Of a stretch of 55,106 bases of DNA, positions 8,060 to 17,827 are shown in pieces. Origin of the DNA: a virus (taxonomy: Duplodnaviria; Caudoviricetes); the IMG/VR virus record IMGVR_UViG_3300036715_000866, positions 1 through 55,106 of that record, one strand, 5' to 3'. The first letter of the stretch is position 1. Each line of letters begins with the position of its first letter. Below the pieces are notes generated by a model. It did not search any database. It worked only from the letters and a program-made list of their open reading frames with translations, and was not told the DNA's origin. A program made the translations under genes and the position numbers.

Positions 8060-10048
8060 TCACCAACGCGCTGAACCACCATGCGACGGCTTCGGGATGC
8101 CGCCCTTGCCGACGCTCTTCGAGACGACGCGGCCTTGGCTGTCCAGTTGGACATTCACCTCGATATTCGATTGCTGACCGATCTTGTCGATCAGCTTGTC
8201 CACGGCGGCGACGAAATTGATGGCATTGATTCCTTCGCCACCGGTGACCGTATAGTGAGATTTCTTGTCGGCGCCCATCCCCGCTGAATACTTGATGCCG
8301 TAGCGCGCGGCGAGACTGGAAACCTGCGAGTCGAATACAGGGTCTGCTCCCGCTCCTCTCCCTGAAGCGCCGCCCCATGAACCGGATGACCCGGCACCCC
8401 ATGAATCGGATGCGCCACCAGTGTTCGGCTTCCAGTCGTGGCCGCCAGGGAAGTGCTTGTTCAGGAAGCCAGCCAGGTCGCCAAGAACCGAACGTAGCCC
8501 CTCCATGACGCCCAGCATGCGGTCGCCCATCAGTTCCTGCGCGGCGTTGTTCAGGTCGGCAGAAGCCTTGCGCAGTGCGTCTGCTTCGGTCCCGCCGCCA
8601 AAGTCCTTCATCATGGATTCGTACTTTTCCTGAAGCCCAAGATCGGATCGGTTAGGGTCTTTTTGCCACTTGTCATATTCGGTCAAGAACTGGCCGGCGA
8701 CGTGCTGGCTGCCGCCGAATAACCCCTTCAATCGCGATGTAACCATGCGGTTGCTGCCGCCCATTCCACGGATGGCGTCGATCAAGGCCGGGCCGATCAT
8801 CTTTCCGCCGACCTTGCCGGTAAAGCCTTCTTCCAGTGCGTAGTCCATCTCCAGGGGATCATTCACCCCATTCCTGGACAGCACGTTCCACATGAAATTC
8901 TTTCCGGCATCGCCGGCCCTACCGCCGGACCTGATGGCATCATCAAAGCCGCCGATGATGCCTGCCGCGTTGGTGCGGACGCCCGGAGCGGAAGAATTCA
9001 CCAGCGACAGGAACAGCCCTTTGAAGGCTTCGATATCGCCGTTGGTGCCAATAGCCTGGTTGTTCTTCTCGACGAACTTCAGCATGGCCTCTGCCGCCTC
9101 GCCCTGCTTCGCCCCAAGGTTCGAGCCAACCATCATCTCGACCAGAGTGCGCGACTGCTCCGTGACGTTGCCGCCGTTCATCCCCAACCAGGATGCGCGG
9201 CCCATCAGGTTTGTGGTGGCGCCGGGGTTCATGCCCAGCACGCGGGACATGCGCAGGCTCTCGGCCGTGCCCATGCTGACATCCCGGCCGCCCATCGCCC
9301 CGGACACCGCCGCATAGGACTGCGCGTAGGCCAGCACTTCGTTGTGCATAAAGCCGAGTCCTGCTCCTGCGGAGCGAATATGCGCGCGGAAATCGCGGAA
9401 TTCCTCGTTCACCGCGTAGACGTTGCGGCGAAGGTCGGTCAGGCCATATGCTTCCTGCATCGACTGGTCGGCGTACTTGCCGACGGCGCCCTGGATTTTT
9501 CCACCAACCATCCCGCCAAGCATCCCACCGATGGCCGATCCTGCTGGACCGAAAGCCATGCCGGCAGCACCACCAGCAATACCGCCTAGTACGCCACCGA
9601 CGTTTCCCTGCATGATGCCGCCCAGCGCGGCGCCCATGCCAGGGCCGGCATACCCGCCCCATCCGCCACCGCCAGCGCCGGGCTCCCCATAGGACGCCAC
9701 ACGAGCAGATTGCGCCAGGACCGATTCGATATGCCGATTCAGCGCGGCCGGGTCCGGGAATTGCCGTTGCGCGCCATGCATCCAGGAAACGATATCCTGC
9801 CCGTACATGCCGGCGCGGGCACCGGAGCGCAGCGCCTCGGCTGCCCCGCTGCGAACGGCCGGCGCGAACAACTGCTGGAAACCGCGCTGAAGGAATTCCA
9901 GTTCTGCCTTCGCGCTCTCCAGGCCTGGGAAATTCACATCCCCCAGGCTCTTCAACTCGCGGCCGGTCTTGCGCGCTTCCTCCTGAATTCTCCGGAACGC
10001 ATCCAGTACCTGTTCAGGCTGTGCGGAGAAGGGAACACTTACGGTCAT
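8060..10048 (-). CDS. Tape measure protein
   Basis: 662 aa Ala/Gly-rich helical protein after the chaperone pair. Confidence 0.75.
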   Translation of the reverse strand: MTVSVPFSAQPEQVLDAFRRIQEEARKTGRELKSLGDVNFPGLESAKAELEFLQRGFQQLFAPAVRSGAAEALRSGARAGMYGQDIVSWMHGAQRQFPDPAALNRHIESVLAQSARVASYGEPGAGGGGWGGYAGPGMGAALGGIMQGNVGGVLGGIAGGAAGMAFGPAGSAIGGMLGGMVGGKIQGAVGKYADQSMQEAYGLTDLRRNVYAVNEEFRDFRAHIRSAGAGLGFMHNEVLAYAQSYAAVSGAMGGRDVSMGTAESLRMSRVLGMNPGATTNLMGRASWLGMNGGNVTEQSRTLVEMMVGSNLGAKQGEAAEAMLKFVEKNNQAIGTNGDIEAFKGLFLSLVNSSAPGVRTNAAGIIGGFDDAIRSGGRAGDAGKNFMWNVLSRNGVNDPLEMDYALEEGFTGKVGGKMIGPALIDAIRGMGGSNRMVTSRLKGLFGGSQHVAGQFLTEYDKWQKDPNRSDLGLQEKYESMMKDFGGGTEADALRKASADLNNAAQELMGDRMLGVMEGLRSVLGDLAGFLNKHFPGGHDWKPNTGGASDSWGAGSSGSWGGASGRGAGADPVFDSQVSSLAARYGIKYSAGMGADKKSHYTVTGGEGINAINFVAAVDKLIDKIGQQSNIEVNVQLDSQGRVVSKSVGKGGIPKPSHGGSARW

Positions 10049-10332
10049 GGCACTTCTTCCCAGGCGTCATCGTCATCGTTCAGGAACCGCTCGACCTCTG
10101 CGTCGAAATCCGGGTCTTGGTCTTCGGCGGCGATGGCATCCGCCAGTTTCTCCGGACTCTCGGCGTAGAGGTCGTCGTAATAGTGGGCGAGATATTCGGT
10201 CAGTATCTCGCCGTAGGTCAGGTCGAGGTAGCGCGGGTCATTGGGCGGGAGGATGTAGCGCCGCCGGTACCACAGCGTCACCGTGCCCGCCATTGCCAGC
10301 GCCGCTTCCTTTGCTTTCCGTTCCATGTCCAA
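10045..10332 (-). CDS. Tail assembly chaperone, downstream (T-like) frame
   Basis: LWYRRRYILPPNDPRYLDLT motif; overlaps the upstream chaperone in the +1 frame. Confidence 0.72.
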   Translation of the reverse strand: MDMERKAKEAALAMAGTVTLWYRRRYILPPNDPRYLDLTYGEILTEYLAHYYDDLYAESPEKLADAIAAEDQDPDFDAEVERFLNDDDDAWEEVP

Positions 10333-10630
10333 GTCGAAATCGCGCCTCCGCGGCGCGCAGCGCCCCGAAGACCCCCATGATCTGCTTGTAGCTCTCGTCG
10401 TCTTCAGGGTCCATCGCGGCCATGTCCCAGCCAGCAGGAACCTCGGCGGCCAGCACCTTGATCGTGGCGTAGGCGGTAGCGAATAGGTCCAGCCAGGTGG
10501 ACGGGTTTGGAACGCCTTCGGTCAGGCGCGAGTATTCCGCACTGACCTTGAAGGTGTCGGCCATGACGCGGCGCCGAAAGACGAATGCCCCGACGCCGGG
10601 GACTTCGAGGGTGTGCTGTTTTTCGTTCAT
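10238..10630 (-). CDS. Tail assembly chaperone (G-like)
   Basis: Start reassigned to 10630 (MNEKQH; RBS GAGG); position before the tape measure; AEARFR motif. Confidence 0.72.
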   Translation of the reverse strand: MNEKQHTLEVPGVGAFVFRRRVMADTFKVSAEYSRLTEGVPNPSTWLDLFATAYATIKVLAAEVPAGWDMAAMDPEDDESYKQIMGVFGALRAAEARFRLGHGTESKGSGAGNGGHGDAVVPAALHPPAQ

Positions 10631-10644
10631 GGTGTCCTCGTTGG

Positions 10645-11193
10645 TTACCAGCGATACCCGGCGCGCACCCCGGCGAACCACTGTCCATCTGTGTCCAGGG
10701 TTGCCATGGCGCCGACATGTACCGCCTTGATTTGTGCGATGTCCTGCTGCGCATAGACGCGACCAATCGTCTTGCCGTTGCGCAGCCCGTAGGCGAGGCC
10801 GACTTCGCCGCGCAGCGACGTGGCGAACCAGGGGAGCGGGTCGGATCGGTCGAACGTGGTGAACTTGCCGGTATCCAGGTCGACCGTGGTGGTGACGGTG
10901 TGCGGGCGCTCATCCTCTTTCACCTTGCTGCTGGCGACAACCTGCTGCCGGGCGTCATCCAGCACCGTCTCCGGCAGCTTCAGCTTCGCCTTGACGGCAT
11001 CCCGGTAGACATAGATCACCTTCGGTGCCGGGGCGGCGGTGGGTATTTCCGACTTCACTTCCTTCGCGGGCGCAGCGATCACCGTCGCGCCGGCCGGGAT
11101 GCTCGGCGCCGGCCAGGTCCACCAGATGGCAAACACGCCACAAACAGCAAGGACAGCCGCGAGCAGGGTCGTGCGGGCAGTCCATGGAATCAT
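10645..11193 (-). CDS. Lysis-associated membrane protein, candidate spanin
   Basis: N-terminal TMD, Pro-rich linker, C-terminal amphipathic strands ending GVRAGYRW; follows the endolysin. Confidence 0.55.
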   Translation of the reverse strand: MIPWTARTTLLAAVLAVCGVFAIWWTWPAPSIPAGATVIAAPAKEVKSEIPTAAPAPKVIYVYRDAVKAKLKLPETVLDDARQQVVASSKVKEDERPHTVTTTVDLDTGKFTTFDRSDPLPWFATSLRGEVGLAYGLRNGKTIGRVYAQQDIAQIKAVHVGAMATLDTDGQWFAGVRAGYRW

Positions 11194-12125
11194 GCCGGCT
11201 CACCGAACCAGGCCGCGTACTTCGGCCGGCGCTTGACCATGACATTGACGACATGGGTTCGATTGATGTCGCGCGCCGACATGCCGTAGCCGTGCCACTT
11301 CGCCGTGCTCTTGGTGCTGGTGCGTTCGACATTGCCGAACCAGCGAGCTGGGTCACACCCGGCAGTCTGGCCGCATAGCCGTCGCTCCGCCATCAATCCG
11401 CCCTCGCCGCCGTTGTAAGCGGAGTCGCACATGGCGAGCGTGTTGTAATCGTCGGCTGCCAGCTTGGCGACGCGCCAGTAGCATCCGCGATTCTTCACCA
11501 CCACGGCGCGTAGCTGCATGCGCGGGTTGTATCGGTCGGCCCAGGTCCAGTGCTTCAGGCTTGGGTCCATGCTCGCCACTTCCGCCAGCGCATCGAACCG
11601 GAGGGAGCCATCCGCTCTATATGATCGGGTGAACTGCCCATAGCCGGCTCCTTCTTCGCGTTCTGTCTTGAGCCTGGCAGATGGCTTCCAACCTGACTCC
11701 TGTTCGACCTGGGCCGCGAGTACGGATGCCATTGTGAGGTCGGGCCAGAGTAGGCCGATTTCATCGGCCAGCACGGGGAGGTCTTTAGCAGCATTGCCCG
11801 GCAACACGGGCCGGTAGTCCGATGCAATCGCCCTCGGCGCAATGGCCAGAAACAGGATGGCCGTCAGCAGAGCCATCGCCGCCCAGGCTATAGCGGCCCC
11901 CACGTTGCCAAGCATGGCGCGATCCCATGCTTCCCGGCTGTCGCCCGGCATGAGTGCCTTGCGGATGAGGTAGGTCGCCACGGCGGCCGAGAATATCCCG
12001 GCGAGCGTCTGCAGCTGCATTTCGAGTTGCCGGCCGCCGTCTGGGTCTGTGACAAAGTACCAAGCCACAACTAGAAGCGGGATCAACGCGAACGTCAAGA
12101 TTCTGTACGACTTCGCTGTTTTCAT
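11190..12125 (-). CDS. Membrane-anchored lytic transglycosylase endolysin with holin-like N-terminus
   Basis: Three hydrophobic segments, then QVEQESGW, GYGQFT and SAYNGG SLT motifs. Confidence 0.85.
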   Translation of the reverse strand: MKTAKSYRILTFALIPLLVVAWYFVTDPDGGRQLEMQLQTLAGIFSAAVATYLIRKALMPGDSREAWDRAMLGNVGAAIAWAAMALLTAILFLAIAPRAIASDYRPVLPGNAAKDLPVLADEIGLLWPDLTMASVLAAQVEQESGWKPSARLKTEREEGAGYGQFTRSYRADGSLRFDALAEVASMDPSLKHWTWADRYNPRMQLRAVVVKNRGCYWRVAKLAADDYNTLAMCDSAYNGGEGGLMAERRLCGQTAGCDPARWFGNVERTSTKSTAKWHGYGMSARDINRTHVVNVMVKRRPKYAAWFGEPA

Positions 12126-12379
12126 GTGTTTCTCCTGTATTCGGGAGGCATATCGCGCCGCGCCTTTTCATTCTCGAACGCGAGGCGGCAGTGGTTGTCC
12201 TGCCAAAAGAACGCCATGTTGAGCAGGCGCCTGGCTGCGTCCATGACCACGCTGTTTCCACGCCGACGGTGACAGCGCGCCGAGAAGGTTTCGTCGGCGT
12301 AGCCGCCCGTGAGCACGCTGAACCCCTGGTCTATCCAGATCACAATCTCCCAGGCGTAGCCCTTTGCGCCGGCCGGCAT
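12122..12379 (-). CDS. Conserved small phage protein (DQ...GG-x2-DET-x-SAR...HC family)
   Basis: IDQGFSVLTGGYADETFSAR...FFWQDNHC; start at ATG 12379. Confidence 0.7.
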   Translation of the reverse strand: MPAGAKGYAWEIVIWIDQGFSVLTGGYADETFSARCHRRRGNSVVMDAARRLLNMAFFWQDNHCRLAFENEKARRDMPPEYRRNT

Positions 12380-12381
12380 GG

Positions 12382-12807
12382 TTACAGCCCCACGCCTTGA
12401 ACGTCTCGGCACATGAACTGCGCCGTGCCGCGTACAACCTGGTTGGCGTCGAGCGAGTGGTCGCCGCTGGTATAGACGCAGCCGATGTACTTGCGCAGCA
12501 CATCGCCTGTGTCCTTATCCTGCTCCAAAATGTCGAACTCACGACCTTGCAGAACGTCGTCGCCGTTCTCGGCGAAGATGCCCAGGCTGCGCAGCGCCTG
12601 GGTCTTGACCGCTGTCTGGGTGAGCGAGATGGTATGGCGCGCGGCGGTAGGGACGATTTCCTGGGCATGGATATCGCCGACGCCGTATTCCGGGCTATGG
12701 CCGTAATCGTCGCTGGCGCGCAGCGACTTGGCCAGCGCGACCCTGACGCCATCAAGAAGGATGATCGCCCTATTGGCGCTGCGTACATTGACTCTGGTGG
12801 TGGACAT
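12382..12807 (-). CDS. Tail tube protein
   Basis: 141 aa directly after the sheath; PEYGVGD, YIGC. Confidence 0.85.
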   Translation of the reverse strand: MSTTRVNVRSANRAIILLDGVRVALAKSLRASDDYGHSPEYGVGDIHAQEIVPTAARHTISLTQTAVKTQALRSLGIFAENGDDVLQGREFDILEQDKDTGDVLRKYIGCVYTSGDHSLDANQVVRGTAQFMCRDVQGVGL

Positions 12808-12843
12808 TGGCTTTTCCTCAGTTGGTTTCTATGGGATACCGTA

Positions 12844-14556
12844 TCATACCGAAACAGAACCGGAGTACAGTACGGCGTGCAAAACCATCAAAATGTTGTT
12901 GATCGGGATAACAGGGCTACATTCGAATTCGATCCGCATCACATCGCCATACAGACTGACCTGGATATTGCGATAGGCTGGGTTCTCGGCATCCCCGGCC
13001 AGCACGCCCGGCCCCATCGGTTCCGGCCGCGCCAGTTCGCGCAGCGCGGTTTCGGTTCGGCTGGCGGCCTCGGCCAGGGTCAGTGGCGCGCCCTTGGCGC
13101 CGCGCAGATCGTCGACGGCGTTGCGCACGGTGCGGGCGGTGTAATCGACAGCGAAGCCGGCGGAGACCTCGACGCGGTTGTAGTTGTCATTCACCAGCCA
13201 GGTGCTGATCGATTTGACTACCTTGTAGCCGCGCGCGGTTTCTTCGACGCACAGCACGCCACCTTCGATCAGCACATCGGTATCGGTCGGGTTGCGTAGC
13301 TTTCTTTCCAGGCCGCGCACTTTCAGCGCCTTGTTGGTCAGCGCGGTACCGGGGTTGGACCCTGCGAAGGCAGCCGCGACCAGGGCTGCCGTCATGTAGC
13401 TCGGATACAGCGTCAGCACGCCGGCATGGTTGTAATCCCAGAAACCGGGGAAGCATTGACTGGCGCGGTCGCTGTTCAGCGCCTTGGCGGCATCCACCGC
13501 TTCGGCGATGGTCTGACCCTCCGCGCCGCCAACCAGGCAGCGCCGCTCCATGCGCGCGACATTACTCATGAAGCTGCAATGGGTAACTGCCTGGGCATGA
13601 ATGCTGGGGTCGGAGGTCAGCGGCACCAGCCACTGCACATCCTCGCTTTGCAGCGTGGTGAATGCAGCGGCCCATTCGACCGAGGTCGTGGTGCCATTGC
13701 TGCCAGAGGACAGGTAGGTCCAAGCGACGTTATCCGGCACGACGCCGACAGCGTCCTGGCGGGTGGCGGTCACGTAGCCCTCGCCGTAGCCGTTGAACCA
13801 GTCGACAATGGCTTGCAGGTTGGCGGTCGCCGTGATGGTGGCGGTCTTCACGTCAACGTTGGTCACGTAATCGAGCGCGTTCAGTGTCGCCTTCTCGTCG
13901 TTGCCATCCAGCACGACGCCGGTGAAGCCTGGCACGGCATTGATGCGGTCGACCAGTTTGGTCACCGTGTTGTAGGTGGCCAGGTCAATCGTGGCGACGG
14001 CGGTCGCGTTGGGCGCTTCCAGCGTCAGCGTGGTGCCTGTGATCGACATGCGCGCGGTGGCTTCGGCGCCGCCATAGACGATGCTGAAGGCGTCGCGGTA
14101 TACATCGTCCTGGCTGTAGTAGTCATTGCCGACTTGTGTGCTCAGGCGTTTGCCCTTGTTGGTCGCGGTCTCGACCTTGACCTTGATCTGATTGGTCCAG
14201 AGGCCGTAATCGGTGGATTTCAGATTGATGATGTTGGTGACGCCGGCCTTCAGCATCAGCGCGGCCTGCACCGCAGGGTTGACCCGCACGGCCATGACGG
14301 TCGATGGCGCATAGGTCTGGGGCGACGGGTCGAACGCGCGCTCAACGGCATCCAGCAGCGGGCCGCTGCGCAACATGGCGCGGGCCTCGCTCGGGGAGCC
14401 GAAGCGCAGCGCGGTATTCGGAGCGCCGCCTTCCGACGTGCCGACCAGTGCGAGCACATTGGCCACGGTCAGGTTTTTGTTGCGCATGGCGGAATCGTCC
14501 ACCAGCGAAGCGGTTGCCGGCGAAACCAACAGACGGCCGTTGAAGAAAACGCTCAT
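12844..14556 (-). CDS. Tail sheath protein
   Basis: 570 aa; LALVGTSEGG, LRSGPLLDA, STDYG, ALTNKAL, PVIPINNI; Twort/SPO1-like. Confidence 0.93.
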   Translation of the reverse strand: MSVFFNGRLLVSPATASLVDDSAMRNKNLTVANVLALVGTSEGGAPNTALRFGSPSEARAMLRSGPLLDAVERAFDPSPQTYAPSTVMAVRVNPAVQAALMLKAGVTNIINLKSTDYGLWTNQIKVKVETATNKGKRLSTQVGNDYYSQDDVYRDAFSIVYGGAEATARMSITGTTLTLEAPNATAVATIDLATYNTVTKLVDRINAVPGFTGVVLDGNDEKATLNALDYVTNVDVKTATITATANLQAIVDWFNGYGEGYVTATRQDAVGVVPDNVAWTYLSSGSNGTTTSVEWAAAFTTLQSEDVQWLVPLTSDPSIHAQAVTHCSFMSNVARMERRCLVGGAEGQTIAEAVDAAKALNSDRASQCFPGFWDYNHAGVLTLYPSYMTAALVAAAFAGSNPGTALTNKALKVRGLERKLRNPTDTDVLIEGGVLCVEETARGYKVVKSISTWLVNDNYNRVEVSAGFAVDYTARTVRNAVDDLRGAKGAPLTLAEAASRTETALRELARPEPMGPGVLAGDAENPAYRNIQVSLYGDVMRIEFECSPVIPINNILMVLHAVLYSGSVSV

Positions 14557-14569
14557 GTCATGCTCCCGA

Positions 14570-14770
14570 TCAGGTCACAGGGCGGCTAGCATAGGACTCG
14601 AACGCGCGGAGAAAACCCACGTCGAAATCCTTGTTCTGTCCGCGTTTCTTGGCGTCGGCATGGAAGCCGCCGATCAGTTCGACGCGCTTGTCCGACTTCG
14701 ACAGGCGCGCACAGAATTCATCCAGGGTAAGGGGTTCGCTGGCATCCATCGGCGCCTCTGTTTCATTCAT
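14570..14770 (-). CDS. Small protein upstream of the sheath
   Basis: 66 aa, RBS GGAG, conserved myovirus position. Confidence 0.7.
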   Translation of the reverse strand: MNETEAPMDASEPLTLDEFCARLSKSDKRVELIGGFHADAKKRGQNKDFDVGFLRAFESYASRPVT

Positions 14771-14782
14771 GCTGCTCTCCTA

Positions 14783-15598
14783 TTACGGATTGATCGAAAT
14801 AGCCACCACCGGGATATCGGCAATGACCGCATAATCGCCACCTGTCACGTAACTCGGCGCCAGGCAGGTGAAATCACCCATCGTCTGATACATCGGCGCG
14901 GCGTAGGTGCTGAAGTCCTCGGTGTCGTTCTGGCTGAAATTGACCTGAACCACACCCGCTGCATCGAATACCGCCAGGTTGGCCAGCACGATCCGCTTCA
15001 GCGCGCGGCGCAACTCGTTCCGTTCATCCGGGTTGAGCGACCAGCCCATCAACTCAATGCGGACGGCAGATAACCAGCCTTCCGTTTCGCCGTCTTCGTA
15101 GCCCATCAAATCTTCCCCGACAGCCCGATCAGCCTGCGAATCTGACGACAACTGTAACGTCACGATAGGTAGCGTCTCGTCCTTGTCCTGGGGCGGAGCG
15201 GTGCGCACCGGAATAACCCCTTTGCTGTGCGCCAGGCGGCCGGCGGCCACCTCGACGGCTAGCCCGGCGATCAGGCGGTCGCGTAGCAGGACCAGCACAT
15301 CGGTGGCGCCGTCGTCATAGGACGCCACCGGCTCCCCGGATACCACGCCGCCATCGGACCAGGCCGCGCCATCCCAGTGGTAGACACGGTAGAAGTAGGT
15401 GGCCCCGTTGACCAGGCCGGACACATCGAGAACAGCATGCTCCAGGCCAGAATGCACCAGGAGCGCGCCGGCATCGTCGTGCCCAGTGAAGGCGTCGGTA
15501 TCACGGCGCAGAATGCGTGAAATAAGCGTTCCGGTAGGGCGGGTGACGAACACACGCAGCGCGTTGCCGGCCATGAGAGGTTGCAGGGTGATGCTCAT
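14783..15598 (-). CDS. Tail completion/terminator protein with N-terminal Fn3-like domain
   Basis: GLVNGATYFYRVY Fn3 motif; WSLNPDERNEL; between neck and sheath. Confidence 0.65.
   Translation of the reverse strand: MSITLQPLMAGNALRVFVTRPTGTLISRILRRDTDAFTGHDDAGALLVHSGLEHAVLDVSGLVNGATYFYRVYHWDGAAWSDGGVVSGEPVASYDDGATDVLVLLRDRLIAGLAVEVAAGRLAHSKGVIPVRTAPPQDKDETLPIVTLQLSSDSQADRAVGEDLMGYEDGETEGWLSAVRIELMGWSLNPDERNELRRALKRIVLANLAVFDAAGVVQVNFSQNDTEDFSTYAAPMYQTMGDFTCLAPSYVTGGDYAVIADIPVVAISINP
15151..15165 (-). promoter_or_regulatory. Intragenic copy of late promoter motif TCGTGAC-GT-TACAGT
   Basis: Exact consensus match about 380 nt upstream of the sheath operon; includes a rare TTA codon. Confidence 0.45.
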
Positions 15599-16431
15599 GT
15601 CTGCCCCATTGCCGCTCGCACATCGGCAGCGAGGGCTTCGGAAAATATTTTTTCCGCGACCGGGCGCATCTTGTCGGCCACGGTCCGCGCGGGATGTTTC
15701 CCGGCGATGGCCGAAGCGATCCAGCCGCGGCCGCCCTCTACCATGACCCGGAAGGTCAGGTACTGAGTATGCCTAGATCCTTCGCCCGGGTTCTGGAACT
15801 TGACCATGCCGGCCATGCGTTTCGCCGCAGTTCCGAACACGCCGGCCTGGTTGACCTGCGCTTCCTTGAGCCGCCCACCCCACATGTAAACGCGCTGCGC
15901 GACCCGCATCGGCGCGCGGGTATTTACGTCCCATGATCCGTTTCCCGACTCGCGCGTTCCGATGCCTATTACCCGAGACGGGTCCATCGCCTTGGCGAAT
16001 TCATGAACCGCCTCCGGCATCACGTTTCTGCCGAAGGTCTTGGTTCCCGGTATTCCCCAGCGGAACGGCACGATCAGGTAGCGTTTACCCTGCTTGCTCA
16101 TCCGCACCTTCATTGAGGTGTCGAGCATCTTCTTCAGGTCGCGCGCCGGTGCGCCTTCTTCGATGATCCTGGCGTAGGGCAAATCGCTGTATGTTTCCGC
16201 CGAGAACGGACCGGTCCTGAGAATCTGGATGGAATCCAGGTATCGCCCGCTGCGCGCCTGGATGGTAGATCCGTCCGGAAGCGGCGAACCACCCGCATAC
16301 CCTCGCCACATGCCTTGCGCGTGCGCAGCAACGCCCTCGACCGCACTGGACAGATTGGGGAGGTCTTCCGCTCGCAGCGGAAGTAGCGACATCGGGATGT
16401 TGAGGGTGATTGAAACAGGGAATCGTGGCAT
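15595..16431 (-). CDS. Neck / virion morphogenesis protein
   Basis: RSGRYLDSI...PYARIIEEG...YLTFR; position in the neck cluster. Confidence 0.7.
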   Translation of the reverse strand: MPRFPVSITLNIPMSLLPLRAEDLPNLSSAVEGVAAHAQGMWRGYAGGSPLPDGSTIQARSGRYLDSIQILRTGPFSAETYSDLPYARIIEEGAPARDLKKMLDTSMKVRMSKQGKRYLIVPFRWGIPGTKTFGRNVMPEAVHEFAKAMDPSRVIGIGTRESGNGSWDVNTRAPMRVAQRVYMWGGRLKEAQVNQAGVFGTAAKRMAGMVKFQNPGEGSRHTQYLTFRVMVEGGRGWIASAIAGKHPARTVADKMRPVAEKIFSEALAADVRAAMGQT

Positions 16432-16433
16432 CG

Positions 16434-17063
16434 TCAGCGGCCGAACAGGTCCATCAGGCGAACCACAACCCGGCGCGGGAAGACCGATCCGCCGAAGTGG
16501 GCGCGATCCTGCGGGAAGTCCTGGAACACGAAGTATTCCGGCATGCGGCGGCCGGTGATGCTGTATTGGGTGCCGATGGGCGGCTCGCCGCTGGCCCAGG
16601 TCAGCGCGCCATCGCCGGCAGCCACTTCCGGAATTCCCCCCTCGACAATCGCGCCATCCGCATCCAGCCAGAACACACGTTCTATCAATTCAACCAGGAT
16701 TGATAGTCGGTCGATAGGTTCGTGTACCAGCGTGCGCGAGAAAGGCGTCGACGACTGCGCCATGATCAGACGGTCGAAGCCGCCAGCCCAGTAAACAGGG
16801 GAATCCGACGGCAGCGACAGCACCTGGTCGCCGCTTTCGTACATGCCCAGCTTGGCCCATTGCTGCTGCACCTTCTGGCCGGCAACAGCGACGGTACCGA
16901 TAATTTCCTCGCCCCAGGTAATGCCGGTGCCGTGGCATGACGGGCAATTTTGCTTGGCGGCGCCGGAGTGAGTATCGCGGCAGGGGCAGTCATAGGCGCG
17001 GCGCCATGACACTTGCTGCCCCATCTCGTTCAGCATCGCATCAAAGCGGGCGCCGGACAGCAT
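16434..17063 (-). CDS. Head closure (stopper) protein with Zn ribbon
   Basis: WRRAYDCPC...CPSCHGTG, typical of SPO1/Twort-like neck proteins. Confidence 0.75.
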   Translation of the reverse strand: MLSGARFDAMLNEMGQQVSWRRAYDCPCRDTHSGAAKQNCPSCHGTGITWGEEIIGTVAVAGQKVQQQWAKLGMYESGDQVLSLPSDSPVYWAGGFDRLIMAQSSTPFSRTLVHEPIDRLSILVELIERVFWLDADGAIVEGGIPEVAAGDGALTWASGEPPIGTQYSITGRRMPEYFVFQDFPQDRAHFGGSVFPRRVVVRLMDLFGR

Positions 17064-17827
17064 CAGCAGACCCCAGCACGAATGCCATGCAGCGATTGCC
17101 GGATGGCGTCGACCTTGGCGTCGATGGAAGCACCCAGCTTTTCCACGTCAACCGAATTCGTCTGGCTCATGCCATCAATGGACTGGCTCATCGACTGCGC
17201 CGGGAAGGAATCCTCGATCATGGACAGCACAGCCATCTTCTGTAGCACGTCCCAGACATCCGGGTAATCGGTTTTCAGATTACTCAGGCCGGCGCGGTAA
17301 CGCACCTGGACCATGAGCGGCACTGAGCGCCCGTTCATGAAGTTCATCATGATGGCCGACAGCGGGGCGACTGCGTGCGCATTGGTTGGGACCAGGTTGA
17401 CATGCCCATGCTTTCGGTCAATCCTGAACCAGTCGACCGGCACCTCGAACACGCTCTGCATCACCGGGTAGACGAACTGCATGGAATGCACGGCAATCAA
17501 CGGCTTTTGCCGCAATGCGATGAACCCCCAGTGGTTGTTGTCGAAATGCTCCGGCGTCATGTCATAACCTGGGTCCTCGGACCAGCGCGTGCCGCCCAGG
17601 TCGAACGCATCCATTTCCGCTTGCGAGGCGCCTGTCGGCAACATCTCCACCGGCTCCAGGAATACACGCAATTTGCGTTCGAGCAGCGCGGCGGCGGTTT
17701 TCAGCTTGCTGAACAGGTAATCATCGTCCAGCAAATCCAGTCCAGCCAGATAGCTGCGCGAGACCAGAACCAGTCGATTTGCACGCAGGGCTTCGGCTTC
17801 AACGGCAGGCGTATCGAATATGCTCAT
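17063..17827 (-). CDS. Head-tail adaptor
   Basis: LRQKPLIAV, VRYRAGL, SQSIDGMSQT. Confidence 0.75.
   Translation of the reverse strand: MSIFDTPAVEAEALRANRLVLVSRSYLAGLDLLDDDYLFSKLKTAAALLERKLRVFLEPVEMLPTGASQAEMDAFDLGGTRWSEDPGYDMTPEHFDNNHWGFIALRQKPLIAVHSMQFVYPVMQSVFEVPVDWFRIDRKHGHVNLVPTNAHAVAPLSAIMMNFMNGRSVPLMVQVRYRAGLSNLKTDYPDVWDVLQKMAVLSMIEDSFPAQSMSQSIDGMSQTNSVDVEKLGASIDAKVDAIRQSLHGIRAGVC

Noticed and set aside
171-14556. T6SS, tailocin or eCIS because of PAAR, spike and sheath
   Set aside because: Terminase, portal, protease and capsid are present.
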